64,000 nt of DNA from an uncultured Eubacteriales bacterium (GCA_902781945.1 CACZLE010000003.1:39637-103636), one strand, 5' to 3'; positions 20,547 to 30,837 are shown, counted from the first letter of the stretch. The notes: generated by a model from the sequence alone, not told the origin. Numbers and translations: made by a program.

Positions 20547-20708
20547 TGTCCGTGATACATGTGGATTTCTTGGGCAAGGGAGAAGGTCCGCAATTTGCAA
20601 GGACGGGCAAAACCGGTCTTGTTTTGAGCGTACGCAGGCCCCATTTTCCCAAATGCGGGCGTTTTCTTTTTTGCTCCGGAGATAAATATCTTTATTGGAG
20701 GTCAAACC

Positions 20709-21806
20709 ATGAAACGCATCGTTGCCATCCTGGCCGCTCTGGTCCTCCTGTGCGGCTGCCTGCCTGCCCTGGCGGAGCTGAACGTCACCGGCTCCATGGA
20801 GCTGGAATACGCCAAGCAGTTCACCGTGGATTATATCGAGGGCGGCTATGCCCTGATCACCAATTCCGACGGCGCGCGCTTCCTCACCATCCCCGAAGGC
20901 GCTGAGATCCCCGCCGATCTGGACGAGGACATCGTGCCCCTGCAATTGCCCCTCAGCAACCTGCTCATTTCCTCCACCCCCACCGTGTCCCTGATCAACG
21001 CCATCGGCGCCCTGGACGCCGTGACCATGACCACCCAGGAATACAGCGGCTGGTATATCGACGAAGTGAAGGCTGCCATGGACGCGGGCAAGCTGAGCTA
21101 CATCGGCAGCTACAAGGAGCCGGATTTTGAGGTGCTCACCGCCAATCCGCCGCCCTTCAGCGTGTTCAGCACCATGCTGGACAGCGTGCCCGACGTGGCC
21201 GAAAAGCTCAAGGAACTGGGCATCCCCTACCTGCGGGACACCAGCACCTATGAGACCCATCCCCTGGGCCGCATGGAGTGGGTGAAGCTCTACGGCCTGC
21301 TGCTGGGCAAGGAAAAAGAAGCCCAGGCTCACTTTGAAAGCCAGAAGGCCCTGGTGGACGGCATCGGCGCGGAAAGCACCGGCAAGACCGTGGCCATGTT
21401 CTACATCACCAGCAAGGGCGACCTGTACACCCGCAAGGCGGGCGACTACATGGTCAAGATGCTGGAGCTGGCCGGCGGCGAATACGCGCTGCCCGATCTC
21501 AAGCCCGAGGAGAGCGGCACCCAGAAGATCGAGGCCGAGGAGTTCTACGCCGGGGCCGGCGACGCCGATTACATCGTGTACATCTGGTCCATGGGCGGCA
21601 AGCCCGAAACCATGGACGCCTTCCTGGAGCGCAGCGAGATCCTCAAGGATTTCAAGGCCGTGAAGGAAGGCAACGTGTGGTTCACCACCCCCGATTACTT
21701 CCAGGTCAACGACACCCTGGGCTCCATGATCCTGGACTTCAACAAAATGCTGACCAACACCGATGAAACCGTGAAGGAATTCACCTACCTGTTCCAGCTG
21801 CAATGA
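20709..21806 (+). CDS. btuF: cobalamin/corrinoid ABC transporter substrate-binding lipoprotein (BtuF/FhuD-type)
   Basis: Lipobox LLCGC, periplasmic-binding-protein type 2 layout. First gene after the B12 riboswitch. Confidence 0.8.
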   Translation: MKRIVAILAALVLLCGCLPALAELNVTGSMELEYAKQFTVDYIEGGYALITNSDGARFLTIPEGAEIPADLDEDIVPLQLPLSNLLISSTPTVSLINAIGALDAVTMTTQEYSGWYIDEVKAAMDAGKLSYIGSYKEPDFEVLTANPPPFSVFSTMLDSVPDVAEKLKELGIPYLRDTSTYETHPLGRMEWVKLYGLLLGKEKEAQAHFESQKALVDGIGAESTGKTVAMFYITSKGDLYTRKAGDYMVKMLELAGGEYALPDLKPEESGTQKIEAEEFYAGAGDADYIVYIWSMGGKPETMDAFLERSEILKDFKAVKEGNVWFTTPDYFQVNDTLGSMILDFNKMLTNTDETVKEFTYLFQLQ

Positions 21807-22834
21807 AAAAAAGTACCGCGACAGCCCGTGTCGCAGTGATGTTCGCGCTGCTGGTATTCGCGTTTGGCGCCGTCCTGGTGCTGAACGTGAATACCGGCAG
21901 TTTGTCCATAGCGCCGGGCGAAATCTTCAAAATCATCCTGCATGGCGGCGCCGACGGCACCCCGGCGGGCAACGTGATCTGGAAGATCCGCCTGCCCCGG
22001 CTCCTGGCCGCCGCTGTGCTGGGCGGGGCGCTGTCGGTGTCCGGCTTTCTTTTGCAGACCTTTTTCCGCAATCCCATCGCCGGGCCCTATGTGCTGGGTA
22101 TCTCCAGCGGGGCCAAAATGCTGGTGGGCGTCGCCATGATCTTTCTGCTGCGCCGCCTGTCCGGCGTGCCCTTCTGGGTCATGATGGCGGCGGCCTTCCT
22201 GGGCTCCATGCTGGTGACGGGGTTTGTGCTGCTGTTTGCCCGGCGTGTCAAGAGCATGTCGGCCCTTTTGGTTATCGGTATCATGATCGGCAGCGTGTGC
22301 ACGGCGGTGACGGATTTCTTCATCACCTTCGCGGATGAAGCCAACGTGGCCAACCTGCACGCCTGGTCCATGGGCAGCTTTTCCGCCATTTCCTGGCGGA
22401 GCCTGCACATCGCCTCCGCCGTCATCTTCGCGGCGGTCATCGGGGCCTTCCTGCTCAGCAAACCCATCGCCGCCTATCGTCTGGGGGAAAATTACGCCCG
22501 CAGCATGGGCGTCAACGTGCGCCTGTTCCGGGTGGCGCTCATCGGCCTGTCCAGCGTGCTTTCCGCGGCGGTCACGGCCCTGTCCGGCCCCATCTCCTTT
22601 GTGGGTGTGGCGGCCCCCCATATGACCAAGCTGCTCTTTGGCACCGCCAGGCCCGCGGTCATCATCCCCGGCTCCTTTCTCCTGGGAGCGGTGTTCTGCA
22701 TGGGCTGCGACCTCATTGCCCGCACGGCCTTTTCGCCCTCGGAATTGGCCATCAGCACGGTGACGGCGGTGTTTGGCGCGCCGGTGGTCATCGCCCTGAT
22801 GCTGAAACGGCAAAGGAGGCGGGACAATGGATGA
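21803..22834 (+). CDS. btuC: FecCD-family ABC permease (BtuC-like)
   Basis: 343 aa, about 10 TM helices, LPRLLAAAVLGGALSVSG motif. ATGA overlap with btuF. Confidence 0.9.
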   Translation: MKKSTATARVAVMFALLVFAFGAVLVLNVNTGSLSIAPGEIFKIILHGGADGTPAGNVIWKIRLPRLLAAAVLGGALSVSGFLLQTFFRNPIAGPYVLGISSGAKMLVGVAMIFLLRRLSGVPFWVMMAAAFLGSMLVTGFVLLFARRVKSMSALLVIGIMIGSVCTAVTDFFITFADEANVANLHAWSMGSFSAISWRSLHIASAVIFAAVIGAFLLSKPIAAYRLGENYARSMGVNVRLFRVALIGLSSVLSAAVTALSGPISFVGVAAPHMTKLLFGTARPAVIIPGSFLLGAVFCMGCDLIARTAFSPSELAISTVTAVFGAPVVIALMLKRQRRRDNG

Positions 22835-23897
22835 TTTCCTCTTTTCCGCCCGGGACCTGGCCGTGGGCTATCAAAAAAAGCCGCTGATCTCCGGTATCAA
22901 CGTGGATTTGAAGCGGGGCCAGATCCTGACCCTCATCGGCCCCAACGGCGCGGGTAAAAGCACCGTGCTCAAAACCGTCACCCGCCAGCTTGCGCCGGTG
23001 GCGGGCCGGGTGTATATTGATGGAAAGGACCTGCAGGCCTATGCCCCCGCGGAGCTGGCCCGGCGCATGGCCGTGGTGCTCACCGAGCGGGTGCGCCCGG
23101 AGATGATGACCTGCTACGAGGTGGCTGCCATGGGCCGCTATCCCCACACGGGGCGGTTCGGGGCTTTGACAAAGCATGACCACGAGGTGGTGCGCTCGGC
23201 GCTCCGGCGCGTGCGGGCGGAGGATATCGCCGAGCGGGATTTTGACCGCATCAGCGACGGCCAGCGCCAGCGGGTGCTGCTGGCCCGGGCCCTGTGCCAG
23301 GAGCCGGAACTGCTGGTGCTGGACGAGCCCACCTCCTTCCTGGATATCAGGCACAAGATCGACCTCCTGGACATCCTGCTGGAGGAGACCAGGAGCCGCG
23401 GAACCACGGTGATCCTGTCCCTCCATGAAATCGACCTGGCGGAAAAGATCAGCGACCTGGTGATGTGCCTGAAAGGGGACCGGGTGTGGAGGCTGGGCAG
23501 GCCCGCGGAGGTCTTTTCCGACGAGGCCATCGCCGCCCTCTATGACCTGGAGCGCGGCAGCTATCTCACCAGCCGGGGCAGCATCGAGCTTTCCCGTCCC
23601 GAGGGCGCTCCCCAGGTCTTCGTGCTGGGCGGCGGGGGACGGGGCCTTGCCTGGTATCGCCTGCTGCAAAAGCGCCGCGTGCCCTTTGCCGCCGGGGTCC
23701 TGACGGAAAACGACGTGGAATTCCCCGTGGCCCAGGCCCTGGCCGCACAGGTGTTTATGCGGGCTGAGGACGCGAAAAAAAGCCTGCTCGCCTGCGAAGC
23801 GGTGATCGACGCCGGGTATCCGGCCAACGCCGAGCTGGTGGATTTTGCTCAAAAGAACAACAGGAAGATCATAAGGAGCGCCGATGAACTGGATTGA
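22827..23897 (+). CDS. btuD: ABC ATP-binding protein (BtuD/FecE-like) with about 100-aa C-terminal extension
   Basis: Walker A GPNGAGKST, signature ISDGQRQRVLLAR, Walker B LVLDEPTSFLD. An extra domain lies after about aa 255 (VFVLGGGGRGLAWYRLL...). Confidence 0.9.
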   Translation: MDDFLFSARDLAVGYQKKPLISGINVDLKRGQILTLIGPNGAGKSTVLKTVTRQLAPVAGRVYIDGKDLQAYAPAELARRMAVVLTERVRPEMMTCYEVAAMGRYPHTGRFGALTKHDHEVVRSALRRVRAEDIAERDFDRISDGQRQRVLLARALCQEPELLVLDEPTSFLDIRHKIDLLDILLEETRSRGTTVILSLHEIDLAEKISDLVMCLKGDRVWRLGRPAEVFSDEAIAALYDLERGSYLTSRGSIELSRPEGAPQVFVLGGGGRGLAWYRLLQKRRVPFAAGVLTENDVEFPVAQALAAQVFMRAEDAKKSLLACEAVIDAGYPANAELVDFAQKNNRKIIRSADELD

Positions 23898-25050
23898 TGT
23901 GATCAGCGCCGGGCCGGGCGGGGCGGAGCTGTTGACCGCCCAGGCGAAGGCCGCCATCGAAAACGCCGAGGCCGTATTCTGCGCCCAGCGGAACGCGGAC
24001 CTGGCATCCCCGGATAAGCGGCGGCCCCTGACGCCCTTTGAGGATGCCATGGCGGCCATGGAAGGGCTGACCCATCCCGCCGTGCTGGTGTCCGGGGACG
24101 CGGGGCTGTACAGCATGCTGGGGCTGCTCACCCGGCGCTTTGGCCGGGAATGCCTGCGGGTGATCCCCGGCGTCAGCAGCCTGCAGGCCTTCTGCGCCCG
24201 GCTTTCCATCCCTTGGCAAAACGCCAAGATTTTGTCTGCCCATGGACGGGATTGCGCCCCCGAGGCCCTGTGCCATTACGCCCGCACAAACCCGGCGGTG
24301 CTGCTCCTGCTGGACGGGGAGCATGATCCCCATTGGGCGCGCCGGAGCCTGGACGCGGGCGGCCTGGCCGACCTGCCCTTGACCGTGGGGGAGCGGATTT
24401 CCCTGCCGGATGAATGTATTGCGTCCTATGAAAATCGCCCCTATGATCCCCTAAGCGTCGCTCTGATCCAAAATGAGCGCCCGCTTCCCGGATTACCCGC
24501 AATCGGCCTGCCGGACGACGCGTTCCTCCGGGGCAAAACCCCCATGACCAAGCGGGAGATCCGCATTCAGGTGTTGGCCGCGCTGCAATTGCCGCCGGAC
24601 GCCGTGGTGTGGGACGTGGGCGCGGGCACGGGCAGCGTGTCCGTGGAGTGCGCCCGCCAATGTCCCTTGGGCGCTGTCTACGCCGTGGAGCGGGGCGGGG
24701 ACGCTCTGGCGCTGATCGAACAGAATAAACAGCAATTCCATCTGCAAAATCTGCATGTGATCCCGGGCGAGGCTCCCGAGGTTCTGGCTGATCTGCCTGC
24801 GCCCACTCATGTGTTCCTGGGCGGCACGGGCAAGCGGACGAAAGAAATCTATGACACTCTTCCCTCTGGCGTCCGCGTCGTCGCCACGGCGGTGACGATG
24901 GAAAGCGCCCAGGAATTCGCCGCTCTGCTGCCGGATTACGAGGCCGCCCAAATCGCCGTTTCCCGGCTGGAAAAAGTGGGCGCTTACCGCATGTTCCGGG
25001 CGTCAAACCCCGTCTTTGTATTTTCCGCCGTCAAAGGAGAAAACCCATGA
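23884..25050 (+). CDS. cbiET: bifunctional cobalt-precorrin-7 (C5)-methyltransferase / cobalt-precorrin-6B (C15)-methyltransferase, decarboxylating (CbiE-CbiT fusion)
   Basis: 388 aa. The N-terminal tetrapyrrole methylase half carries VSGDAGLYS. The C-terminal half carries PMTKREIR and the SAM motif VWDVGAGTGSVS. Confidence 0.9.
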   Translation: MNWIDVISAGPGGAELLTAQAKAAIENAEAVFCAQRNADLASPDKRRPLTPFEDAMAAMEGLTHPAVLVSGDAGLYSMLGLLTRRFGRECLRVIPGVSSLQAFCARLSIPWQNAKILSAHGRDCAPEALCHYARTNPAVLLLLDGEHDPHWARRSLDAGGLADLPLTVGERISLPDECIASYENRPYDPLSVALIQNERPLPGLPAIGLPDDAFLRGKTPMTKREIRIQVLAALQLPPDAVVWDVGAGTGSVSVECARQCPLGAVYAVERGGDALALIEQNKQQFHLQNLHVIPGEAPEVLADLPAPTHVFLGGTGKRTKEIYDTLPSGVRVVATAVTMESAQEFAALLPDYEAAQIAVSRLEKVGAYRMFRASNPVFVFSAVKGENP

Positions 25051-25793
25051 TCTATTTTATCGGCGCCGGCCCCGGGGCCAAGGACCTGATCACCGTGCGG
25101 GGCATGCGGCTTTTGCAGCAGGCGAAGCTGGTGATCTACGCGGGCTCCCTGGTCAATCCCGAGCTGCTGGAATACTGCGCCACGGATTGCCGCGTCCTGA
25201 ACAGCGCCTCCATGACCCTGGAGCAGGTGATCGCGGCCTTTCGGGAGGCTGATCCCCAGGCCGTCACCGTGCGGCTGCACACGGGCGATCCCTCTATTTA
25301 CGGGGCCATCCGGGAGCAGATGGATGCCCTGGACGCGCTGGGCCTTGCCTATGAGGTAGTGCCCGGGGTCAGCTCCATGAACGCCGCTGCCGCCGTCCTC
25401 CATGCCGAATATACCCTGCCTGGGGTCAGCCAGACCGTCATCGTCAGCCGCCGGGCGGGCCGCACGCCCATGCCGGCAGGCGAATCCATCCCCGAGCTGG
25501 CGGCCCACGGGGCTTCCATGGCGCTGTTTTTGAGTGCCGGTATGCTCGGGGAACTTTGCGCGGAATTGATCCGGGGCGGCTACGCCCCCGAGACTCCGGC
25601 GGCCCTGGTCTATAAGGCCACCTGGCCGGACGAGCGCGTCATTCGCGGCACCCTGGCCACCCTGCCCGAGCTGGCCGCTGACGTGGGCCGCACCGCTCTG
25701 GTGCTGGTGGGCGGCTTCTTGCAGGGACCCTATGACCGGTCCAAACTCTATGATCCCAGCTTTTCCCACATGTTCCGGGAGGCGGAAAAATGA
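25047..25793 (+). CDS. cbiF: cobalt-precorrin-4 C11-methyltransferase
   Basis: MIYFIGAGPGAKDLITVRG and LHTGDPSIYGAI are tetrapyrrole methylase signatures. ATGA overlap upstream. Confidence 0.9.
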   Translation: MIYFIGAGPGAKDLITVRGMRLLQQAKLVIYAGSLVNPELLEYCATDCRVLNSASMTLEQVIAAFREADPQAVTVRLHTGDPSIYGAIREQMDALDALGLAYEVVPGVSSMNAAAAVLHAEYTLPGVSQTVIVSRRAGRTPMPAGESIPELAAHGASMALFLSAGMLGELCAELIRGGYAPETPAALVYKATWPDERVIRGTLATLPELAADVGRTALVLVGGFLQGPYDRSKLYDPSFSHMFREAEK

Positions 25794-26677
25794 AGATCAG
25801 CGCCATCGCCTTCACCGAAAAGGGCCAAAGCTGGGCCGATATCCTGGACATTCCCGTGGATCGGGGCGTGCCGGTGATGCAATGGACCCGGGAGCATTTT
25901 GCTGTCTCCGACGCCCTGCTCTTCATCGGGGCCTGCGGCATCGCCGTGCGGGCCATCGCGCCCTTGATCAAGGATAAGACCACCGATCCCGCCGTGGTGG
26001 TCATGGACGAGGCCGGGCAGCACGTGATCCCGCTGCTCTCCGGACATATCGGCGGGGCCAACGCCCTGGCGATTCAGATTGCGGAAAAAACCGGGGCCAC
26101 CCCCGTGGTCACCACCGCCACCGATCTGCGGGGCATCCCCGCCATCGATACCTGGGCGGTGGAAAACGACTGCGCCATCCAGAATCCGGCGGCCATCAAG
26201 GCCGTTTCCGCCGCCGCCCTGGCGGGGAGGACCGTGGGCGTTGCCATCACCGAGCGCGATATCCGGCCGCCCTTCCCGGTGACGCTGTACCTGCGGCCCC
26301 GCACGCTGGCGCTGGGGGTGGGCTGCAAAAAGGATACCGATCCCAGCATTTTTGAAGAAAATGCCCTGGATTTCCTGCGGCAGTGCGGGGTGTCCCTGCT
26401 GTCCGTCCGGGCGCTGGCTACCATCGATATCAAGCGGGACGAGCCCGCTCTGACCCGCTTCTGCGAAAAATACCGCCTGCCGCTCTTGACCTATTCAGCC
26501 GACGCCCTGCGGGCCGTGCCCGGGGTTTTCGCCCATTCGGACTTTGTGCAAAAGACCGTGGGCGTGGGCAACGTGTGCGAGCGGGCGGCGGTGCTGGCCT
26601 CCGGCGGGGTGCTGCTGATGGGCAAAACGGCCCGGGAGGGGATCACCCTTGCCCTGGCCGGGGAGCAGAACACATGA
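25790..26677 (+). CDS. cbiG: cobalt-precorrin-5A hydrolase
   Basis: 295 aa, CbiG pattern (GACGIAVRAIAPLIKDKTTDPAVVVMDE..., LSGHIGGAN). Position between cbiF and cbiD. Confidence 0.85.
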   Translation: MKISAIAFTEKGQSWADILDIPVDRGVPVMQWTREHFAVSDALLFIGACGIAVRAIAPLIKDKTTDPAVVVMDEAGQHVIPLLSGHIGGANALAIQIAEKTGATPVVTTATDLRGIPAIDTWAVENDCAIQNPAAIKAVSAAALAGRTVGVAITERDIRPPFPVTLYLRPRTLALGVGCKKDTDPSIFEENALDFLRQCGVSLLSVRALATIDIKRDEPALTRFCEKYRLPLLTYSADALRAVPGVFAHSDFVQKTVGVGNVCERAAVLASGGVLLMGKTAREGITLALAGEQNT

Positions 26678-27717
26678 GCGCCCTGCGGGAGGGCTTCACC
26701 ACCGGCAGCTGCGCCGCAGCCTGCGCTCTGGCCTCCTGCCTGTGGCAGCGGGACGGGGTCTGCCCCTCTCAAGTGGCGCTGACCGTGCCCGAGGGCCGCA
26801 CCTATATGCCCGAGATCCACGCCATCGGCCCCTATCGCTGCGCGGTGTACAAGGACAGCGGCGACGATCCGGATATTACCAACGGCAGCGAGGTGTGGGC
26901 CCAGGTGCAATTGCTGCCGGAGGGCTCCGTCCGGTTTCAGGCGGGGGAGGGCGTGGGCACAGTGACCCTGCCCGGCCTCAAGGTGGCCGTGGGGGAGCCC
27001 GCCATCAATCCCGTGCCCCGGCGCATGATCGAGGACGCCGTGCGCAGCGTGTTTCCGGAAAAGGGCGCCCTCGTTACCGTAGGCGTCACCGGCGGGCGAG
27101 AGCTGGCTCAAAGGACCTTCAATCCCCGGCTTGGCATCGTGGACGGCCTGTCCATATTGGGCACCACGGGTGTCGTGCGGCCCATGAGCGAGGAAGCCCT
27201 CACCGACACCATCCGCCTGGAGCTGGCCTTGCGGAAAGCCAACGGAGCAGATGTAATCGCCCTGGTGTTTGGCAGCCAGGGAGAGGAAGCTCTGCGCAGA
27301 CTTCGGCCCGATTTGCCCTGCGTGCAGATCAGCAACTACGTGGGCTTCGCCCTGGACGCTGCGGCGGAACTGGGCTTTTGCCGCGTCCTGTTGGCGGGCC
27401 AGCCGGGCAAGCTGTGCAAGGTTTCCGGTGGCAGCATGCAAACCCACAGCCGCTATGGCGATGGCCGCAAGGAGCCCGTCTGCACTCACCTGGCGCTGCT
27501 GGGCGCGCCCGTGGCGCTTTTGCGGACCGTCATGGAAAGCCCCACCCTGGACGGGGTCATCGCGCCCATTCGGCAGGCGGGGTACAGCGCCGTGTGGAAC
27601 AGCCTGTGCGCCGCCGCCAGCCGTTATTGCATGGCCCGGACGCGGAACCGGCTGCGGGTGGATACCCTGATGCTGGACGCCGCGGGCCAGCCCATAGGAG
27701 AATATATCGATGAATAA
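26674..27717 (+). CDS. cbiD: cobalt-precorrin-5B (C1)-methyltransferase
   Basis: Starts MSALREGFTTGSCAAA (canonical CbiD N-terminus). The ATG at 26674 overlaps the cbiG stop (ATGA). Confidence 0.9.
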   Translation: MSALREGFTTGSCAAACALASCLWQRDGVCPSQVALTVPEGRTYMPEIHAIGPYRCAVYKDSGDDPDITNGSEVWAQVQLLPEGSVRFQAGEGVGTVTLPGLKVAVGEPAINPVPRRMIEDAVRSVFPEKGALVTVGVTGGRELAQRTFNPRLGIVDGLSILGTTGVVRPMSEEALTDTIRLELALRKANGADVIALVFGSQGEEALRRLRPDLPCVQISNYVGFALDAAAELGFCRVLLAGQPGKLCKVSGGSMQTHSRYGDGRKEPVCTHLALLGAPVALLRTVMESPTLDGVIAPIRQAGYSAVWNSLCAAASRYCMARTRNRLRVDTLMLDAAGQPIGEYIDE

Positions 27718-28231
27718 ACTGCATGTTTATACCGGCCCCGGCAAGGGCAAAACCACCGCGGCCATGGGCCTGGCCCTGCGCAGCCTGGGCCACGGCAACG
27801 CCGTCCTGGTGGCCCAGTTCATGAAACGGGCCAATTCCGGCGAGTTGGCCGCCCTGCGGAAGCTGAACGCCTGCGTGCTCACGGCCCCGCCCATTTCCGG
27901 CTTCACCTTCCGCATGGACGCCGAGACCCAGGTGAAAACCGCCGCGGAGCAAACCGCGCTGATCCCGGAGATCCTGCGGAAAATCGCGGAAATCGCCCCG
28001 AAAACCATCATTTTGGACGAGCTGGGAATCGCCCTGACCACCGGCATGGTCGCCCGGGAGGACGCGGAAAAATTGATCGACGCAGCCCTGATATCCGGTG
28101 AGACCGCCGTGACCGGGCGCAGCGTGCCCGATTGGCTGCTGGAAAAAGCCGACTATGTCAGCCGCATCCAGGCGGACAAACATCCCTACGCCACCGAAAA
28201 ACTGCCCGCGCGCAAAGGAGTTGAATGGTAA
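27710..28231 (+). CDS. cobO: cob(I)yrinic acid a,c-diamide adenosyltransferase (CobA/CobO/BtuR type)
   Basis: MNKLHVYTGPGKGKTTAAMGLALRSLGHG P-loop and ILDELG motif. Confidence 0.9.
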   Translation: MNKLHVYTGPGKGKTTAAMGLALRSLGHGNAVLVAQFMKRANSGELAALRKLNACVLTAPPISGFTFRMDAETQVKTAAEQTALIPEILRKIAEIAPKTIILDELGIALTTGMVAREDAEKLIDAALISGETAVTGRSVPDWLLEKADYVSRIQADKHPYATEKLPARKGVEW

Positions 28232-28842
28232 TGCAGCCCATGGACATCGAACGGCGCAGCATGGAGATCATTGAATCCGAGCTGCAGGTCGCCCTGCCCG
28301 AAGATATCAAGCCCATCGTCAAGCGGGTCATCCACGCCACGGCGGATTTTTCCTTTGCCGAAACCCTGCATTTTACCCCGGGGGCGGTGTCCCTGATGCG
28401 GCAGATGCTGGCCTCCGGGGCCGCTGTGATCACCGATACCAATATGGCCCTGGCGGGGATCAGCAAGCCCGCCCTGGCGAAACTGGGGGCGTCCGCCCGC
28501 TGCTTCATGGCGGAGGAGGACGTGGCCCGGGAGGCCAGGGAGCGCGGCCAGACCCGGGCCTTCGTCTCCATGGAAAAGGCCCTGGCGCTGCCGGGGAAAA
28601 AGCTGCTGGTGTGCGGCAACGCCCCCACCTTCCTGTTCCCGCTGCTGGACATGGAACGGCAGCCGGAAGACGTGGCCGTCATCGGTGTGCCCGTGGGCTT
28701 CGTCAACGTGGTGGAGGCCAAGGATCGCCTGTGGCATAGCGGCATCCCCTGCATCGCGGCCCTGGGCAGACGCGGCGGCAGCAACGTGGCCGCGGCCATC
28801 GTCAACGCCCTCTTGTACGGCATTCCGGGGGTGCGTCCATGA
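28225..28842 (+). CDS. cbiC: cobalt-precorrin-8 methylmutase
   Basis: 205 aa with IERRSMEIIESEL.., VIHATADF and GNAPTFL motifs of CbiC/CobH. Confidence 0.9.
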   Translation: MVMQPMDIERRSMEIIESELQVALPEDIKPIVKRVIHATADFSFAETLHFTPGAVSLMRQMLASGAAVITDTNMALAGISKPALAKLGASARCFMAEEDVAREARERGQTRAFVSMEKALALPGKKLLVCGNAPTFLFPLLDMERQPEDVAVIGVPVGFVNVVEAKDRLWHSGIPCIAALGRRGGSNVAAAIVNALLYGIPGVRP

Positions 28843-30137
28843 GGATACTGGTGGCGGGCACGGGCAGCGGCTGCGGCAAAACCACGGCCTCCATCCTGCT
28901 GATGGCGGCCCTCAGGCAGCGGGGCCTGGACGTGGCTCCCTACAAGGCGGGCCCGGATTACATCGATCCCGGCTTCCATCAGGCGGTGTGCGGGCGGCCC
29001 TCCTATAATCTGGATACCTGGCTCATGGGGGAAGGCACCCTTCATCGGCTGCTGCGTCGCCCTGCCGACATCGCGGTGATCGAGGGCGTCATGGGCTATT
29101 ATGACGGCCTGGACGCGGTGTCCCTGCGGTGCTCCACCTGGGAGCTGGCGAGGCTTACCCGCACGCCTGTTATCCTGGTGGCGGACGCCTCCGGCGGCGC
29201 GGCCAGCGTGGCGGCTGCGGTGAAGGGCTTCCAAACCCTGGCGCCGGACAGCGGTATCGCGGGGGTGCTGGTCAACCGCGTGTCCGGCCCCAGCCATTAC
29301 GCGCTGGTGGAGCAGGCGGTTTCCCATTATACCGGCCTGCCCTGCGTGGGCTATCTGACCAAGCAGCAAAAGCTGGAGCTGCCCAGCCGCCATCTGGGCC
29401 TGGTCACCGCCCGGGAGACCCCCGATCTGCTGCCCCGCGTCCGGCAGGCCGCCCAGCAGGCGGCGGAGACCCTTGACATTGACAAAATATTGTCTTTGGC
29501 TTCCCTGGCTCCTGATCTGCCGAAGGTTCCTGATCCGCAAATGCCCGATTATCGCGGCTTCCGTCTGGGCGTGGCCCTGGACGAAGCCTTTCATTTCTAT
29601 TATCAGGATAATTTGGATGCTCTGCGCCGGGCGGGTATGGAGCTGGTTTTCTTTTCGCCTTTGAGGGACGCCCATCTGCCGGAAAAGCTGGATGGCCTCT
29701 ACATCGGCGGCGGCTATCCCGAGGTGCACGCGGAAGGTTTGCGGGGCAATGCGTCCCTGCGGGCCGAGCTGCGGGCCGCCCTGGAAAGGGGCCATTCCTG
29801 CTATGCCGAGTGCGGCGGGCTCATGTACCTGGGCCGCGAAATTGACGGCGTGGAAATGGTGGGCTTTTTGCCTTTAAACTGCCGCATGACGGACAGGCTG
29901 CAGCGCTTTGGCTACGTCACCGTGACGGACAAAAGCGGCCTCAGCTTTCCGGCCCATGAATTCCATCACGCCGTGGCGGAGAGCGATTCGGCTCCGGTTT
30001 ACACCTTGCGCAAGGCCTCCCGTCCGGATAAAACCTGGACCTGCGGCTATGAAAAGAAAAACACCCTGGCGGCCTTCGCCCATGTATATTTTGGCGACAG
30101 GCCGGAATTGATCTGGAGGTTCTGGCCCCATGGCTGA
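28839..30137 (+). CDS. cbiA: cobyrinate a,c-diamide synthase
   Basis: MRILVAGTGSGCGKTT P-loop, KAGPDYIDP, and a C-terminal glutamine amidotransferase region (AECGGLMYLG). Confidence 0.9.
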   Translation: MRILVAGTGSGCGKTTASILLMAALRQRGLDVAPYKAGPDYIDPGFHQAVCGRPSYNLDTWLMGEGTLHRLLRRPADIAVIEGVMGYYDGLDAVSLRCSTWELARLTRTPVILVADASGGAASVAAAVKGFQTLAPDSGIAGVLVNRVSGPSHYALVEQAVSHYTGLPCVGYLTKQQKLELPSRHLGLVTARETPDLLPRVRQAAQQAAETLDIDKILSLASLAPDLPKVPDPQMPDYRGFRLGVALDEAFHFYYQDNLDALRRAGMELVFFSPLRDAHLPEKLDGLYIGGGYPEVHAEGLRGNASLRAELRAALERGHSCYAECGGLMYLGREIDGVEMVGFLPLNCRMTDRLQRFGYVTVTDKSGLSFPAHEFHHAVAESDSAPVYTLRKASRPDKTWTCGYEKKNTLAAFAHVYFGDRPELIWRFWPHG

Positions 30138-30837
30138 GCTTGTGATCTTTGGCGGCACGGCGGAGGGGCGGCAGGCGGCCCTGGCCCATCCCGGGGCGGC
30201 GGTGTGCGTCACCAGCGCCTACGCCCGGGAGCTGCTGCCCGCCGATGCGTACGTGCGCGTGGGACGGCTGAATGCCGAGGAAATGCTTGCGTTTCTTCAA
30301 AAAGAGCAGCCGAAAAAGGTGATCGACGCCACCCATCCCTACGCCTTGCAGGCTACGGCCAACATCGCCGTCTGCTGCCGGACGCTGGGCATCCCGCTGG
30401 AGCGCGTCTCCCGGCCCGTCACGCCGGGGGCTTGGCGGCAGGAGGCGCAGCACGTGGCTTCCCCCGAAGCCGCCGCCCGGGCAGCGCTTAAAATCCGTGG
30501 AAACATCCTGCTGACCACCGGCAGCCATACCCTGAGCGTCTATACGGCTATCCTGCCGCCGGAGCGGCTGTGGGCCCGGGTGCTGCCCACGACGGAAGCC
30601 CTGGGACTGTGCGCGGCGGCGGGGCTGCCCTCCGCCCATATCATCGCCATGCAGGGGCCCTTCTCGGCGGCTTTCAACGCCGCCCTTTACGACCAGCTGG
30701 ACATCGCCTGCATGATCACCAAGGATTCCGGCCAGCCCGGCGGGGTGGAGGAAAAGGTGCTGCCCGCCCTGCAAAGGGATATTCACGTCATCATGATCGA
30801 CAGACCCAAGGAGGAAACATGCGCGGAAAAACGCTGA
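30130..30837 (+). CDS. cbiJ: cobalt-precorrin-6A reductase
   Basis: 235 aa with the CbiJ/CobK pattern (IFGGTAEGR, IDATHPYA, ITKDSG). Confidence 0.85.
   Translation: MAELVIFGGTAEGRQAALAHPGAAVCVTSAYARELLPADAYVRVGRLNAEEMLAFLQKEQPKKVIDATHPYALQATANIAVCCRTLGIPLERVSRPVTPGAWRQEAQHVASPEAAARAALKIRGNILLTTGSHTLSVYTAILPPERLWARVLPTTEALGLCAAAGLPSAHIIAMQGPFSAAFNAALYDQLDIACMITKDSGQPGGVEEKVLPALQRDIHVIMIDRPKEETCAEKR

Noticed and set aside
20397-21803. 468-aa minus-strand ORF and several 70-120-aa ORFs overlapping the B12 riboswitch and btuF.
   Set aside because: They overlap a well-supported riboswitch and a lipoprotein gene with a lipobox. The translations are low-complexity.
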